IMG/VR virus record: IMGVR_UViG_3300045988_150584
Length of the DNA stretch: 64,000 bases
Source: a virus
Direction: 5' to 3' (one strand)
Shown here: one piece after another, positions 54,178-63,905 of the stretch
How the letters are laid out: every line of letters begins with the position of its first letter
How positions within the stretch are numbered: the stretch's first letter is position 1
Notes under the pieces: generated by a model
Database searches by the model: none
The model's input: only the letters and a program-made list of their open reading frames with translations
Told to the model about the DNA's origin: nothing
Position numbers and translations under genes: made by a program

Positions 54178-55290
54178 TTAAAGAGAAGGAACCTCAAAGT
54201 TAGTGTCGGACAGAAGACCGATCTGATCCTCCATGCCCTCAGCAACACCAGCGCCGATCTCCATATCGAAACGAGTCAAGTGCTGACGGGTTACAATATC
54301 ATCACCGGTCATAGTGGTCATGCCGCCACGACGGAAGATCTGCAACGGAGCAATCTTGCCCTGAGGAATGAAGAACAGCAAGCCCTGTGGCATATACAGC
54401 TCGTAAGAAGTCTTGTCGGCATTCATACGAGTGAAGTCCAGAGCGTTAGGCAGCTCAACAATGTGAGAACCATTGTAGAAGCTCAGCAGGCCGGTCTTGC
54501 GGATTTCCTCGGCAACAGCGTCAGCACCAAACGGAATGGTGTTCGCACCGAAAGTCTTATAACCAGCAAAATCGTTGAACTGAGATACAACAGAATAATC
54601 GCCGCAAATGTTCACACGACCATAGCGACGCATCTGCTTCAACATCTCATCAACAGCAGTCTGCGTAACACCACTGTTCTCAGCAAAATGCTTCACGCCC
54701 TTGGCATTCTTCAGCGCATCGTACAGCTTGGCAATAACATAGTAAACTGCCTTGTTCTGCATGTCGATCTGCACCTGAGAAATGCCCTCAGCAATAGTGC
54801 CATCAAAGTTGCCGCTCTGTAGCTCACGATAGTCTACGGCATAACCAGAAGAAATGGTCTGAGTGCCGATAGGATACTCGCGGAAGCTGTGGGTAGCAAA
54901 AGGCACATCACCGCTTGAAGCCTGGAAACGAGAATCAATGCTCTCGTACTTATAGGTCTTCATCATAGGAACAGTGTCATAAGGTACGCTCTTGTATGTA
55001 CCCATGAAATTGAAGATCTTAATAGCCTCGATCAACTTAGGCTCAATAGCAAAACGCTGAATGGCGTTCAGCTCAGAAACAGCCTGATGATCGCCGTCGA
55101 TAGCACGACCAGCAAGATCCTTGATATGCTCAACTGACTTATCAACGACCTTACCATCAAAAGAAGACAGGCTCTTGCCCTGCACCAACGCAGAGAAAAC
55201 CTCAACCACCGGAGAGGTAGACTTTACCTTAGAAGCGCCAACTTCATCTTTAACATTGTTGACGGTGTTTAGTTCAAAAATGTTATCCAT
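54178..55290 (-). CDS. Major capsid protein
   Basis: ATG at 55290 follows AGGAGG. About 370 aa, downstream of the scaffold-like gene and followed by a hairpin. Confidence 0.65.
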   Translation of the reverse strand: MDNIFELNTVNNVKDEVGASKVKSTSPVVEVFSALVQGKSLSSFDGKVVDKSVEHIKDLAGRAIDGDHQAVSELNAIQRFAIEPKLIEAIKIFNFMGTYKSVPYDTVPMMKTYKYESIDSRFQASSGDVPFATHSFREYPIGTQTISSGYAVDYRELQSGNFDGTIAEGISQVQIDMQNKAVYYVIAKLYDALKNAKGVKHFAENSGVTQTAVDEMLKQMRRYGRVNICGDYSVVSQFNDFAGYKTFGANTIPFGADAVAEEIRKTGLLSFYNGSHIVELPNALDFTRMNADKTSYELYMPQGLLFFIPQGKIAPLQIFRRGGMTTMTGDDIVTRQHLTRFDMEIGAGVAEGMEDQIGLLSDTNFEVPSL

Positions 55291-55315
55291 TTGTTTTTTC
55301 CTCCTATACCTATTC

Positions 55316-55777
55316 TTACTGCGCAACAATCTCAGCAAGAATACCATCGTCCATATATGGAGTCTTGCAAATTACCTTGAAGCAAACAGCATAACCATCT
55401 GCACTTGCAGCCTTAACAATCTTACCGTCAGTGCCAAACACTAACAGATCCTCAGCCGCCAAGCCAGTAGTGCCACCATTGATTTCAAAAGCAGCAAACT
55501 CAATTTCGAGACCATTTACGGTTCTCAGGTCATCGGCACGAACATACTCGCCCTCGTTTACAACATAAGTCTCAGGGCTGTTGTGCAGCTCAGGCTTATC
55601 ATTGATATTGGTAACGATGTATACGACCTTCTTTGCATCGTCCTCGGATGCAGGAAGAGTTGCTGTCTTTGCAACACGATCCAAAATAACGCCCATGCCG
55701 ACCTTCATATCAGAAGCAGCCTTGCAATAAGGCACATTCTGTACATTCTTAAATGCACCAATAGTCTTGTACTTCAT
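55316..55777 (-). CDS. Hypothetical head protein (decoration-like)
   Basis: AAGGAGG RBS. It lies between the scaffold-like and capsid genes. Confidence 0.5.
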   Translation of the reverse strand: MKYKTIGAFKNVQNVPYCKAASDMKVGMGVILDRVAKTATLPASEDDAKKVVYIVTNINDKPELHNSPETYVVNEGEYVRADDLRTVNGLEIEFAAFEINGGTTGLAAEDLLVFGTDGKIVKAASADGYAVCFKVICKTPYMDDGILAEIVAQ

Positions 55778-55794
55778 TTCTATTATCCTCCTTA

Positions 55795-56949
55795 TTAACC
55801 AAAGATATCTACGTCGCCTTTATCCTCAGGAGAAGAAACCCCTCCAAAGATATCCGGTGCGCCATTGTTCAATTCAGCGTTGTGAATTTCCTTGTTTTTG
55901 CGAACCATCTCAACGCAAATCTTACTGGTAATACTGTTGATCTCAACAGTTGTAGGATCAGCCTTAAACGCATCAATCTCAGCCTGCGCAAGAGCCTGTT
56001 CCTCAGCGCTGAACTCTGACAGAGCAGAATTTAGCTCAGCGATTTTCTTCTCTTTCTCCAAAGTAGCATTTGTCTCTTTCAAAGAATTCAGTTCAGAAGT
56101 CTGTGCTTCCATAGCCTCATCCTTTGCGGCCAAATCCGCCTGTGCCGTCGCAAGCTTCTCATTCAGCTCAGCAATTTCCGCATCCTTTGCGGCCAACTGA
56201 CCGTTCAACTCGGAAATCTGCCCCTCATACTGCTCGCCTTTATTATTAAGCTCAGTAATTGTCTGAGTAACAGAAGTCTTCACAAGCTCGACGAATTGTC
56301 CCATTACCTTTTCGTCCATAGGTGTTTCCTCCTTGCTGTTTTCCAATTTATTATTTAACTCAACAACGATTGCGGTATCATCTGCCGGTCTGATACCAAG
56401 AATGGCATATCCACTATAATCATAAATCTGAGGAATTCTGCCATGCTCTTTCCAACCGCCATCGTAAATAATACGATTATCATTTTCTGGGCGACCAACG
56501 ATTTCAACAGATCCCTTTACGCTGCCATTCTTTAGCTTTTCAGCCAACCACGCAACGAACTTTGGATACCGCATTTCGTCAATATATCCCTCACCGACAA
56601 GCACCTTTTTTGTTTCGCCGTCGATTTCAATATCTGTGATATAGCCTTTCTCGCAATGGCCTACCACAGTTGCATCCTCCATATATGGCATATTGTCCTT
56701 AATATCGGTCAAGCCATGCCCATATGGAAGACGTCGCTCTTCGCTTAGGAATTCAACACAGATGGACATATTCGTAACAGACTCGATATTCTGTGCTGTG
56801 TATTCCTCATCCCAAGAAATTCCGTTCTCCTGCCATGTATCATGAGATGGGAAAATCTCGTGTAATACAATTTTGATCTTTCTACGACCAGTAATTTGCC
56901 GTTCATTAGAAAGCTCAAAAATACGACCCATAAAGCAGTCTACGCTCAT
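55795..56949 (-). CDS. Scaffold-like head protein with C-terminal coiled coil
   Basis: ATG at 56949 is 8 nt after AGGAGG. Heptad-rich C-terminus ELNGQLAAKDAEIAELNEKLATAQADLAAKDEAM. Confidence 0.55.
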   Translation of the reverse strand: MSVDCFMGRIFELSNERQITGRRKIKIVLHEIFPSHDTWQENGISWDEEYTAQNIESVTNMSICVEFLSEERRLPYGHGLTDIKDNMPYMEDATVVGHCEKGYITDIEIDGETKKVLVGEGYIDEMRYPKFVAWLAEKLKNGSVKGSVEIVGRPENDNRIIYDGGWKEHGRIPQIYDYSGYAILGIRPADDTAIVVELNNKLENSKEETPMDEKVMGQFVELVKTSVTQTITELNNKGEQYEGQISELNGQLAAKDAEIAELNEKLATAQADLAAKDEAMEAQTSELNSLKETNATLEKEKKIAELNSALSEFSAEEQALAQAEIDAFKADPTTVEINSITSKICVEMVRKNKEIHNAELNNGAPDIFGGVSSPEDKGDVDIFG

Positions 56950-56965
56950 TTTCCTCACCTCCTAA

Positions 56966-58603
56966 TTATGCTGATGGCTTTGGCGTATTATTTCCATTAT
57001 TAGTTCGCTGCTGAACAGCCGTTGGATCTGTACTATCAGAATTAGTCGGTCGGCCACCGGTACTATCGCCGTCGCTTTCAGTATAAGAAGTCTTATGCAC
57101 CGGATATCTGTTCTCAAAGTCTTCTTCCAGCTCGTGATCCATAAGAGCAATATAATTATCAGGATTAAAGCCTGTCGCCGCGATCCATGCGTATAGACTA
57201 CCCTTGCCGCGAGCATATAGCGATTCCATATATCCAACCATATTGTTCTTATTTACCATCGTGATTGGAAGGATATATAGCTCAACACGACAACTCGCAT
57301 CGCTGATGATATTCTGATTGATACACTTATTCAGCTCATCAACAATGTCCTCAATCCATGAATACACATTGGCTGAAACAAGCTCCAAATTCAGATTTGC
57401 CGTAGAATAGTTACCTGTACTGCTTCCATCCAACGCACTTGCACTAATGCCAAGATCCTTGTTTACAGAATCAATAATGGAGTTCTCGTTCTTCTCGTCC
57501 AACAGAGAAACATCGAGAGAGATACTGTCCAGCTTTGTGCCGGCTGCAAGAGAGAAGAAAGATGTGCCGCTCGAATTTCTGCTCTTGCTGGCAAGCGCGT
57601 TCTTCACAAGATCGTGCTGCTGTTTCTGCTGCTTCTCACTTAGAGCAGATGTTCCTTTTTCTTTTCCCTCCGGAAAAGTCTCGTACACAATCTGATTGTT
57701 GACTGAATCCAAAACATTTCTTTTGGTATCTACAAAATACTGCGCATAACTTACATCATCCAGAGCGGCAATCGCAAATGGGATACCGAACGGATCTGTA
57801 ATTTCGCTCTTGATTTTGGTCACAATCGTTTTGTTGTTATTAAGACGCAGCCACGGAGCATCAATCGTCTGGTTCTCATATGCAAGATATCCCTCTTGAA
57901 TTTCTTTCGGGAATCCAGCAAGCTTTCTTTTCCTGACATCTTCACTCAGATTAGAAAAATACCGCAGATCAAAAGCTACCTGATAGCTATTGTTTCTGCG
58001 GCCAATAATTCTTACATAATCAATAGGAAGAGGAATAACCATTGCGTTCATACCAATTGCATTGATTTCTGTGATATTTTGAATTTCATAATCCGTTAAA
58101 GCAGTACGATAATCTGGCGTAGCATAATTTGTCTCAAAATAAGCTACATACATGCCATCGTTTGCATTCTTAAAAATGGCATCACGAATTACTTGCTTAT
58201 ATCGAATGGTGTGAAGAGTTGCCTCCATCTTTTGTTTGTTCATACGATAATTACGCGGTCTTTTACCGTCAGCTCGTTTTGATCTACTGACAATAACGCC
58301 ATCAAGCGTGTGCATCGTCCGCATATAGTCAATTCCGCTTGCAACAACGCCATTAGAATAATAAGCCCAATGCGCTAAATTTCTGATTGCTTCAATATTC
58401 GCCATTGGATTTCTAATGAATGTTCTGATTTCCTGAATCGTATATGGCATACGGCCAGAACTTTGTAGCATCCGAATATACGCAGTTTCTAAATTCGTGT
58501 TGAACTCATATGTTGGATCTTGCGGCGCTGAATTTTCCTCGTAGACTTCGTTGGTTTTCCAGAAAAATGGAAAGCGTCTTTTATTATTTGGCAATCTTCT
58601 CAC
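56966..58603 (-). CDS. Portal protein
   Basis: About 540 aa, directly downstream of the large terminase. The start is uncertain (GTG 58603 or TTG 58594). Confidence 0.65.
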   Translation of the reverse strand: MRRLPNNKRRFPFFWKTNEVYEENSAPQDPTYEFNTNLETAYIRMLQSSGRMPYTIQEIRTFIRNPMANIEAIRNLAHWAYYSNGVVASGIDYMRTMHTLDGVIVSRSKRADGKRPRNYRMNKQKMEATLHTIRYKQVIRDAIFKNANDGMYVAYFETNYATPDYRTALTDYEIQNITEINAIGMNAMVIPLPIDYVRIIGRRNNSYQVAFDLRYFSNLSEDVRKRKLAGFPKEIQEGYLAYENQTIDAPWLRLNNNKTIVTKIKSEITDPFGIPFAIAALDDVSYAQYFVDTKRNVLDSVNNQIVYETFPEGKEKGTSALSEKQQKQQHDLVKNALASKSRNSSGTSFFSLAAGTKLDSISLDVSLLDEKNENSIIDSVNKDLGISASALDGSSTGNYSTANLNLELVSANVYSWIEDIVDELNKCINQNIISDASCRVELYILPITMVNKNNMVGYMESLYARGKGSLYAWIAATGFNPDNYIALMDHELEEDFENRYPVHKTSYTESDGDSTGGRPTNSDSTDPTAVQQRTNNGNNTPKPSA

Positions 58604-58608
58604 CTCCT

Positions 58609-60405
58609 TCAGTTAAATAGTGGTATATACTCATACTCCGAACTATCCGACAACATATCGTGTTCAAGCATCTGAGCAAAATAATTACCGTAAGAGACCG
58701 AAGTATAGCGGTCTTTACGGTTGTTGTTGTTTACAATCTTGATAAGCCCTGTCTGTTCTCCACGCTCATATTCCAGATCAATCATCTCATTGATAAGGGC
58801 AACCGTTTCAAGATATGGTCGCTCAAAGAAGAGCTGCGTATCCACATCAGCAGTAGCATACTCAGGAATAAAGTTTGCAATTTCATCAACCGCCTCAGTA
58901 TTACTAATCAATAGATCAATCATTCCGGAATTCAGAGCATTTCTCATCGACTCCGCAATATTGCTATTCGTCTCAAGCTGTGCTTTGATAATGTAAACAT
59001 TTTCTTCTGCTCCAGCGATCTGAATACGATTAGCAACTTTCTCATCATTCATACATTTCCAAGGCTTATACTCCATATTGCGCTCTTCGTCATATAGAAC
59101 CTTAGCAAGCATATCATAAACGGAGATACCTGCATTACGACCGTCCAAAACACAATAATCCGCATTGAAATCAGTATATAGCTGCTTAATACGAATGGCC
59201 TGCTTGGTTGTTTCGCCACCGTGAACAGCCTCCATATAACTGACTTGACGTCTATATCCACGCTTTACTTCGATGTGTTCTCCCTGAGTATCCATAACTT
59301 TATACTCTTGGCTCTCTGGAAGTAGACGAATGCAAGAGTAAATAGAATTATCTGTGGCGTTACCGCCCTCCATAGCGATATCGCAAGACAAAATGCGAAT
59401 TTCGCCAACTTGCTTTGGGATATCGTACTTGTTCTTCTGCTTCAAAAGCGCTTCGTCGTTTCTTCTTGGATAGAAAGCTCTCTTCAATCTACGGTTGCGA
59501 TTGAGCTGCTCATAATTGAAGAAAGATTTTGCATTTTCCGCAATCATCTGGTTTTCATACTCAATCGCCCAAGAAATCGGATCGAGCTTTTTCCGCTCTT
59601 TGATCAAGAAGTTTCTCGTTTTGATATTGTGCTTCAAAGCAATACTATAATCCATTGCAATTACACACGAAGAACCATCTGTAAACATATCCTTAGTAAG
59701 AGTCTGGATGAGCTTCCACATCCAATGGCTTTGATACCACGCGGAAGAAATATAAACTTCTTTCGGCTCTTCGACCATAGAAGAATACTCTGGAAGCTTC
59801 AAGTAATCGGCCTGACGGATATATAGGAACGGTGAAAGAACGCTATCAATGATATTTTTGACGATCATACGGAATTCTTCGTAAATCATTACCGTTGCAC
59901 GATAACCACGAGCATTTTCATTTGCGGCAACAACAACGATGGAACTGCCATTCTTGAAAATCACTTCGATTTCGTTTTGGTTATCTTTGAAGCTATCAAT
60001 CTCAGCAGCCAACAATGGCGATTTTGGCATAAGCTCCTTTTTGATCTTCTCAGACACAATAAGGCGAGCTTGCTTTTTAGTTGCCGACGCAACAACAATT
60101 TTCGCCCCAGGTCGCAAGATAGCCTCTTTACAAGCAAAGATAGCAATTAGAAATGATTTTGCCGCAGATCGCGCAGCAACAATACAAAAGCTCGGAACGA
60201 ACTCCATCAAATACAAGATGATATGCTGGTATAGATGAAGAACGATTCCAAAATAATGCTCTACAAATCTCGATGGGTTACGACGATAGAATGTAATCCA
60301 CTCCATAAGTCGCATAACATTTTCCTGCTTATGTAAATAATGCGTTGATGGGAAATGCTCATGTAGAGCAGCTTGCCGTTCATCCATTCGCTTGATATTA
60401 TCCAT
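58609..60405 (-). CDS. Terminase large subunit
   Basis: ATG at 60405 is 7 nt after AGGAGG. About 600 aa with an N-terminal ATPase-like region (IVAARSAAKS...VVAS) and it precedes the portal gene. Confidence 0.7.
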   Translation of the reverse strand: MDNIKRMDERQAALHEHFPSTHYLHKQENVMRLMEWITFYRRNPSRFVEHYFGIVLHLYQHIILYLMEFVPSFCIVAARSAAKSFLIAIFACKEAILRPGAKIVVASATKKQARLIVSEKIKKELMPKSPLLAAEIDSFKDNQNEIEVIFKNGSSIVVVAANENARGYRATVMIYEEFRMIVKNIIDSVLSPFLYIRQADYLKLPEYSSMVEEPKEVYISSAWYQSHWMWKLIQTLTKDMFTDGSSCVIAMDYSIALKHNIKTRNFLIKERKKLDPISWAIEYENQMIAENAKSFFNYEQLNRNRRLKRAFYPRRNDEALLKQKNKYDIPKQVGEIRILSCDIAMEGGNATDNSIYSCIRLLPESQEYKVMDTQGEHIEVKRGYRRQVSYMEAVHGGETTKQAIRIKQLYTDFNADYCVLDGRNAGISVYDMLAKVLYDEERNMEYKPWKCMNDEKVANRIQIAGAEENVYIIKAQLETNSNIAESMRNALNSGMIDLLISNTEAVDEIANFIPEYATADVDTQLFFERPYLETVALINEMIDLEYERGEQTGLIKIVNNNNRKDRYTSVSYGNYFAQMLEHDMLSDSSEYEYIPLFN

Positions 60406-60407
60406 AC

Positions 60408-61370
60408 TCAATCCTCCTTGGAGAGATTGAATTCTTTATCAAGCTCCTTTGAACCAGTAAGCAAGTTCTTTAACGGGCGGAAAATAAAACGACTTGCATA
60501 TCCGCCAATACCATCCGCATCTCTGTAAAGATCTTTGTCTTTGTAGTATTCAGCCGGCGTATATTTCTCAATATCGCTGATCCAAACACCAAGAGGATCT
60601 AATTTCACAGAATCTTCCTTTTTCTGTTTACGATCCTCCAGCTCGGTAGTTGCAGCGTTGATATACTCTTTATAAGTTTTAGCCAACGCACCAATACCAG
60701 CATCACCATTCTGAACGGACTTCTGGAGCTGTAACTTCAAATAGCAGATGCTCTTATATAGCTCGTCTTGACGCTTATCCTCAGGTTCGCCATATTTGCT
60801 TACCCAATCATCATATTCAAACTTCAAAACCTCATAGTCTTGCTCGCTAAAACCAAGACCGAATAAACGAATTGTTTCAATAGGTACTTCGATTTTAGGA
60901 TTGTCTTTTACTTGCTGCACAGAAGTTGCATTTTCAACCTTGTTAGCTCTTCGTAGCAAAATAGTATCTGCATATGACGCACCTTTCGTCTGTGCAAGAT
61001 TCAGTTTTGAAAAATAAGCGCTGACACGACTTTTGTTTGGTGGACTCTTTTTTGCATTTGTCCAAGCCGTTTCATCAAAACATGTGTTGATAGTAGCGCA
61101 CAAAAAATCCATCGCCTTATCCTGATCGCCATTAAAAACATCATCTGTATAGTAATCAAATGACTTTTCTAAGCAGCGCTTACAAATAGGCAAATAACCA
61201 TTATTTCTTGCATAATACGGAGATGGCGACACATTGAAATTATCTTTTTGTCTCATGAATCCCTTGCCACAAGAAGTACAATGAAACGGATAACCGTCAT
61301 CGTTCAAATATGCTTTCTCAGCAGACGCAGACTTTTTTGTACGGGTAGTTCTTTTTACTTCTCCAGCCAT
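60408..61370 (-). CDS. Putative terminase small subunit / DNA-recognition protein with zinc-ribbon
   Basis: It lies upstream of terL. Basic N-terminus and CTSCG..CKRC. Confidence 0.4.
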   Translation of the reverse strand: MAGEVKRTTRTKKSASAEKAYLNDDGYPFHCTSCGKGFMRQKDNFNVSPSPYYARNNGYLPICKRCLEKSFDYYTDDVFNGDQDKAMDFLCATINTCFDETAWTNAKKSPPNKSRVSAYFSKLNLAQTKGASYADTILLRRANKVENATSVQQVKDNPKIEVPIETIRLFGLGFSEQDYEVLKFEYDDWVSKYGEPEDKRQDELYKSICYLKLQLQKSVQNGDAGIGALAKTYKEYINAATTELEDRKQKKEDSVKLDPLGVWISDIEKYTPAEYYKDKDLYRDADGIGGYASRFIFRPLKNLLTGSKELDKEFNLSKED

Positions 61371-61397
61371 GTCTCAACCTCCTTTCCATAAAACAAA

Positions 61398-61422
61398 AAC
61401 TCAGAGCAAAATACTCTGAGTT
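61398..61422 (-). terminator. Rho-independent terminator between the tRNA array and the packaging genes
   Basis: aactcagag-N7-ctctgagtt. On the - strand it is followed by TTTTTGTTTT. Confidence 0.65.
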
Positions 61423-61426
61423 CATT

Positions 61427-61502
61427 TGGTGCGCCAGAAGGGATTTGAACCCTTGACTTGTCGCTTAAAAGGCGACTACTCTACCTACTGAGTTACTGGC
61501 GC
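61427..61502 (-). tRNA. tRNA-Lys (anticodon UUU), CCA encoded
   Basis: Hand-folded cloverleaf with acceptor GCGCCAG/CTGGCGC, anticodon loop CTTTTAA and T-loop TTCAAAT. Confidence 0.85.
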
Positions 61503-61662
61503 TTATTCAGTTCCGGTTTGCACGGTTTCCCCACTTATTTTAACTCAGTTGGTAACTCCCATTAGAGTAGCAGTGCTTTCAGTCTGCCAGTCCGTCCGCT
61601 TTTCACGGAGGGCATACGTTCCCAATAGAAACTCATGAAGAGCAAACTGCCATTTCTGGCTT

Positions 61663-61738
61663 TGGTGGGACAAGAAGGAATCGAACCTTCGACGCGCAGG
61701 GCTTCAACCTGCCGCTCTTCCATCTGAGCTATCGTCCC
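61663..61738 (-). tRNA. tRNA-Phe (anticodon GAA), CCA encoded
   Basis: Acceptor GGGACGA/TTGTCCC, anticodon loop TTGAAGC and T-loop TTCGATT. Confidence 0.85.
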
Positions 61739-61819
61739 ATATAAAACCATTATGTATAGCAAACCTTTCTATCGGAAATGCTCTTTCGTGTAAACTGATA
61801 GAAAAGGAGGCTATGCGTC

Positions 61820-62107
61820 ATGGTTGAATTTTCTCAAAGATTAAAACAACTGCGCAAAGAAAAACATTTAACTCAGGCGCAGGTTGCAAAAAGAATAGGA
61901 GTAACAGCCTCAATGGTGTCCTCATACGAAACGGACATCCGACTCCCATCCTATGAAGTCCTTGTAAAGATCGCTACACTATTCGGCGTGACAGTAGACT
62001 ACCTACTCTGCCGTGAAGACAAAAGATTTATCGACATATCCAGTCTATCCGATGATGAAGCTGCAGTTGTGTGTGATATGATAAACATACTCCTAAAAAA
62101 GAAATGA
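61820..62107 (+). CDS. XRE-family helix-turn-helix transcriptional regulator
   Basis: LKQLRKEKHLTQAQVAKRIGVTASMVSSYE is a Cro/CI-type HTH. AAGGAGG RBS and a terminator follows. Confidence 0.8.
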   Translation: MVEFSQRLKQLRKEKHLTQAQVAKRIGVTASMVSSYETDIRLPSYEVLVKIATLFGVTVDYLLCREDKRFIDISSLSDDEAAVVCDMINILLKKK

Positions 62108-62112
62108 CTACC

Positions 62113-62135
62113 AGCCGCCCGAATGGGCGGCTTTT
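62113..62135 (+). terminator. Rho-independent terminator of the HTH gene
   Basis: agccgccc-gaat-gggcggct followed by TTTT. Confidence 0.7.
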
Positions 62136-62143
62136 GTCATATG

Positions 62144-62236
62144 TGGCGACGGAGGTAGGATTTGAACCCACGGACGGCTCATCACCGCCTCTTGTTTTCA
62201 AGACAAGCGCCATAAACCGGACTCGACCACTCCGCC
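62144..62236 (-). tRNA. tRNA-Ser (anticodon UGA), class II, CCA encoded
   Basis: Anticodon loop CTTGAAA, long variable arm and T-loop TTCAAAT. Confidence 0.8.
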
Positions 62237-62356
62237 ATATAACTGGCTTTCATATATACTTCGACGGGAACAGCCATACCCATCCATCCTAAGCAGCCTA
62301 TATGCAGACCGGAATCATATGATCTCGTACCTCATAAAGCGTGGTACGACACGCTT

Positions 62357-62443
62357 TGGTGAGGGAGGTTGGATTTGAACCAACTCAGCCCGAAGGCAAC
62401 GGATTTACAGTCCGCCCCAGCTCTCCAACTCTGGCGCTCCCCC
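62357..62443 (-). tRNA. tRNA-Tyr (anticodon GUA), class II, CCA encoded
   Basis: GCGGA-CTGTAAA-TCCGT anticodon arm, variable arm and T-loop TTCAAAT. Confidence 0.8.
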
Positions 62444-62456
62444 ATATAAGGTCGCA

Positions 62457-63326
62457 TCAGCGACCATTTTTATTTAACAAATAAGCGCTCAATGTATTCT
62501 TCAATAGCGAAACCCTTGTCATAAGACCAACACCACCAGGAACAGGTGTAATTGCGCTACACTTTTGGCTTACATTATCAAAATCGACATCGCCACACAA
62601 CCTACCATCTTTACCCCGATTGATTCCAACATCAACGACAACAACCCCGTCTTTCACCATGTCTTCAGTCAAAAAGCCGCTACGACCAACTGCACACACA
62701 ATGATATCGGCTTGCCGCGTAATATCGACCAGATTATTTGTATGCGAATGGCAAAGAGTTACCGTCCCGCCAGCATTTGTGAGCAGCAAACAAATTGGCT
62801 TGCCCACAATATCACTGCGTCCAATTACTGCACATCGCTTACCATCTATATCAATGTTGAAATGGTTTAGCATATCCATGATTCCAAGAGAGGTACACGG
62901 AACAAACATAGGAGAATTGATAAATAATTTCCCCATGTTTTCAGAACAAAAACCATCAACATCCTTACACGGATCAATCTGTTCAATGACGGTGGACTTA
63001 TCAATATGTTCTGGCAATGGTAGTTGAACAAGAATGCCGTCTACATCGTCACGAAAATTCAAACGCTGAATAATATCACAAATATCACTTGTCTCAATCG
63101 CTTCATTAAAATGCAAAATTTCACATTCAATTCCACACTCTTCGCAATCACGCTTTTTCCCGCGAACATACGATTGAGAAGCCATATTATCTCCAACAAC
63201 AATAACAGCAAGTTTCGGAACTTTATTTAGCAGTGCAACGCACTGTTTGATAGCACTCTTTTCTTTTGCAGCAAGTTCTTTGCAGCTCATAATTACACAA
63301 CTGATACCATCACGACCTTTATACAT
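62457..63326 (-). CDS. folD: Bifunctional methylenetetrahydrofolate dehydrogenase/methenyl-THF cyclohydrolase FolD
   Basis: Motifs VDGILVQLPLP, DVDGF, GRSDIVGKP, TVTLCHSHT and PVPGGVGLMT. The start is uncertain (ATG 63326 or 63290) and neither has an SD. Confidence 0.85.
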   Translation of the reverse strand: MYKGRDGISCVIMSCKELAAKEKSAIKQCVALLNKVPKLAVIVVGDNMASQSYVRGKKRDCEECGIECEILHFNEAIETSDICDIIQRLNFRDDVDGILVQLPLPEHIDKSTVIEQIDPCKDVDGFCSENMGKLFINSPMFVPCTSLGIMDMLNHFNIDIDGKRCAVIGRSDIVGKPICLLLTNAGGTVTLCHSHTNNLVDITRQADIIVCAVGRSGFLTEDMVKDGVVVVDVGINRGKDGRLCGDVDFDNVSQKCSAITPVPGGVGLMTRVSLLKNTLSAYLLNKNGR

Positions 63327-63329
63327 TTT

Positions 63330-63404
63330 TGGTACTGGCGGTGGGAGTTGAACCCACGACCTTATGATTAAGAGTCATCTGCTCTTCCTCTGAGCTACGC
63401 CAGT
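63330..63404 (-). tRNA. tRNA-Lys (anticodon CUU), CCA encoded
   Basis: Acceptor ACTGGCG/CGCCAGT, anticodon loop CTCTTAA and T-loop TTCAACT. Confidence 0.8.
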
Positions 63405-63502
63405 ATAAAACAAGACACTTGTAAGGGAAAGGAAAGGGGTGGTGATACAATGGAGGTTGTAATAGGATGTTTCATTAAACAAATCGCTGTAAGTGTCTTT
63501 TT

Positions 63503-63577
63503 TGGCATGAGGTAAAGGAGTCGAACCCTTATTTACGGTTTTGGAGACCGCAGTGCTACCATTTACACCAACCTCAT
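63503..63577 (-). tRNA. tRNA-Trp (anticodon CCA), CCA encoded
   Basis: Acceptor ATGAGGT/ACCTCAT and anticodon arm GCGGT-CTCCAAA-ACCGT. Confidence 0.8.
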
Positions 63578-63582
63578 AAATA

Positions 63583-63659
63583 TGGCGACGTATACGGGAC
63601 TTGAACCCGTGACCTCTGGCGTGACAGGCCAGCGTTCTACTCTTCTGAACTAATACGCC
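63583..63659 (-). tRNA. tRNA-Asp (anticodon GUC), CCA encoded
   Basis: Anticodon arm CTGGC-CTGTCAC-GCCAG and T-arm ACGGG-TTCAAGT-CCCGT. Confidence 0.85.
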
Positions 63660-63662
63660 ATT

Positions 63663-63905
63663 TTATTTATCCCAGTCTACAAGAGGGTATAAGTCATATG
63701 GACTATCAGCAGTTGCAATCTTCTCAAAACCGCTATCGACAATGCGCCATAATGTGTGCTTGTGTTTTTCTGGATTCTGAGAAATACGATATTCCTTTCC
63801 AGATCTGGTTTTGCATAAAACGCCAGTTCCACAATCTGATGCAGGAATTTTCTTTACAACCTTCCGTTCTTTATCAACCGATAATGAACTTGCTTTTCGC
63901 GGCAT
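63663..63905 (-). CDS. Small hypothetical protein within the tRNA array
   Basis: AAGAGGTG RBS 7 nt upstream of the ATG. 80 aa and basic. Confidence 0.6.
   Translation of the reverse strand: MPRKASSLSVDKERKVVKKIPASDCGTGVLCKTRSGKEYRISQNPEKHKHTLWRIVDSGFEKIATADSPYDLYPLVDWDK

Noticed and set aside
56962-57237. 91-aa - strand ORF near the 3' end of the portal gene
   Set aside because: It is in an alternative frame nested within the portal gene, and it has no independent RBS.
61503-61662. Possible ninth tRNA or suppressor tRNA in the 160-nt spacer between tRNA-Lys and tRNA-Phe (the + strand has a D-loop-like tcagttggta)
   Set aside because: I could not build an acceptor stem, a T-arm (no GTTCRA-type loop) or a 7-nt anticodon loop with U33 on either strand. 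It is left as an unassigned spacer. The 66-aa ORF 61562-61762 there overlaps tRNA-Phe and is spurious.
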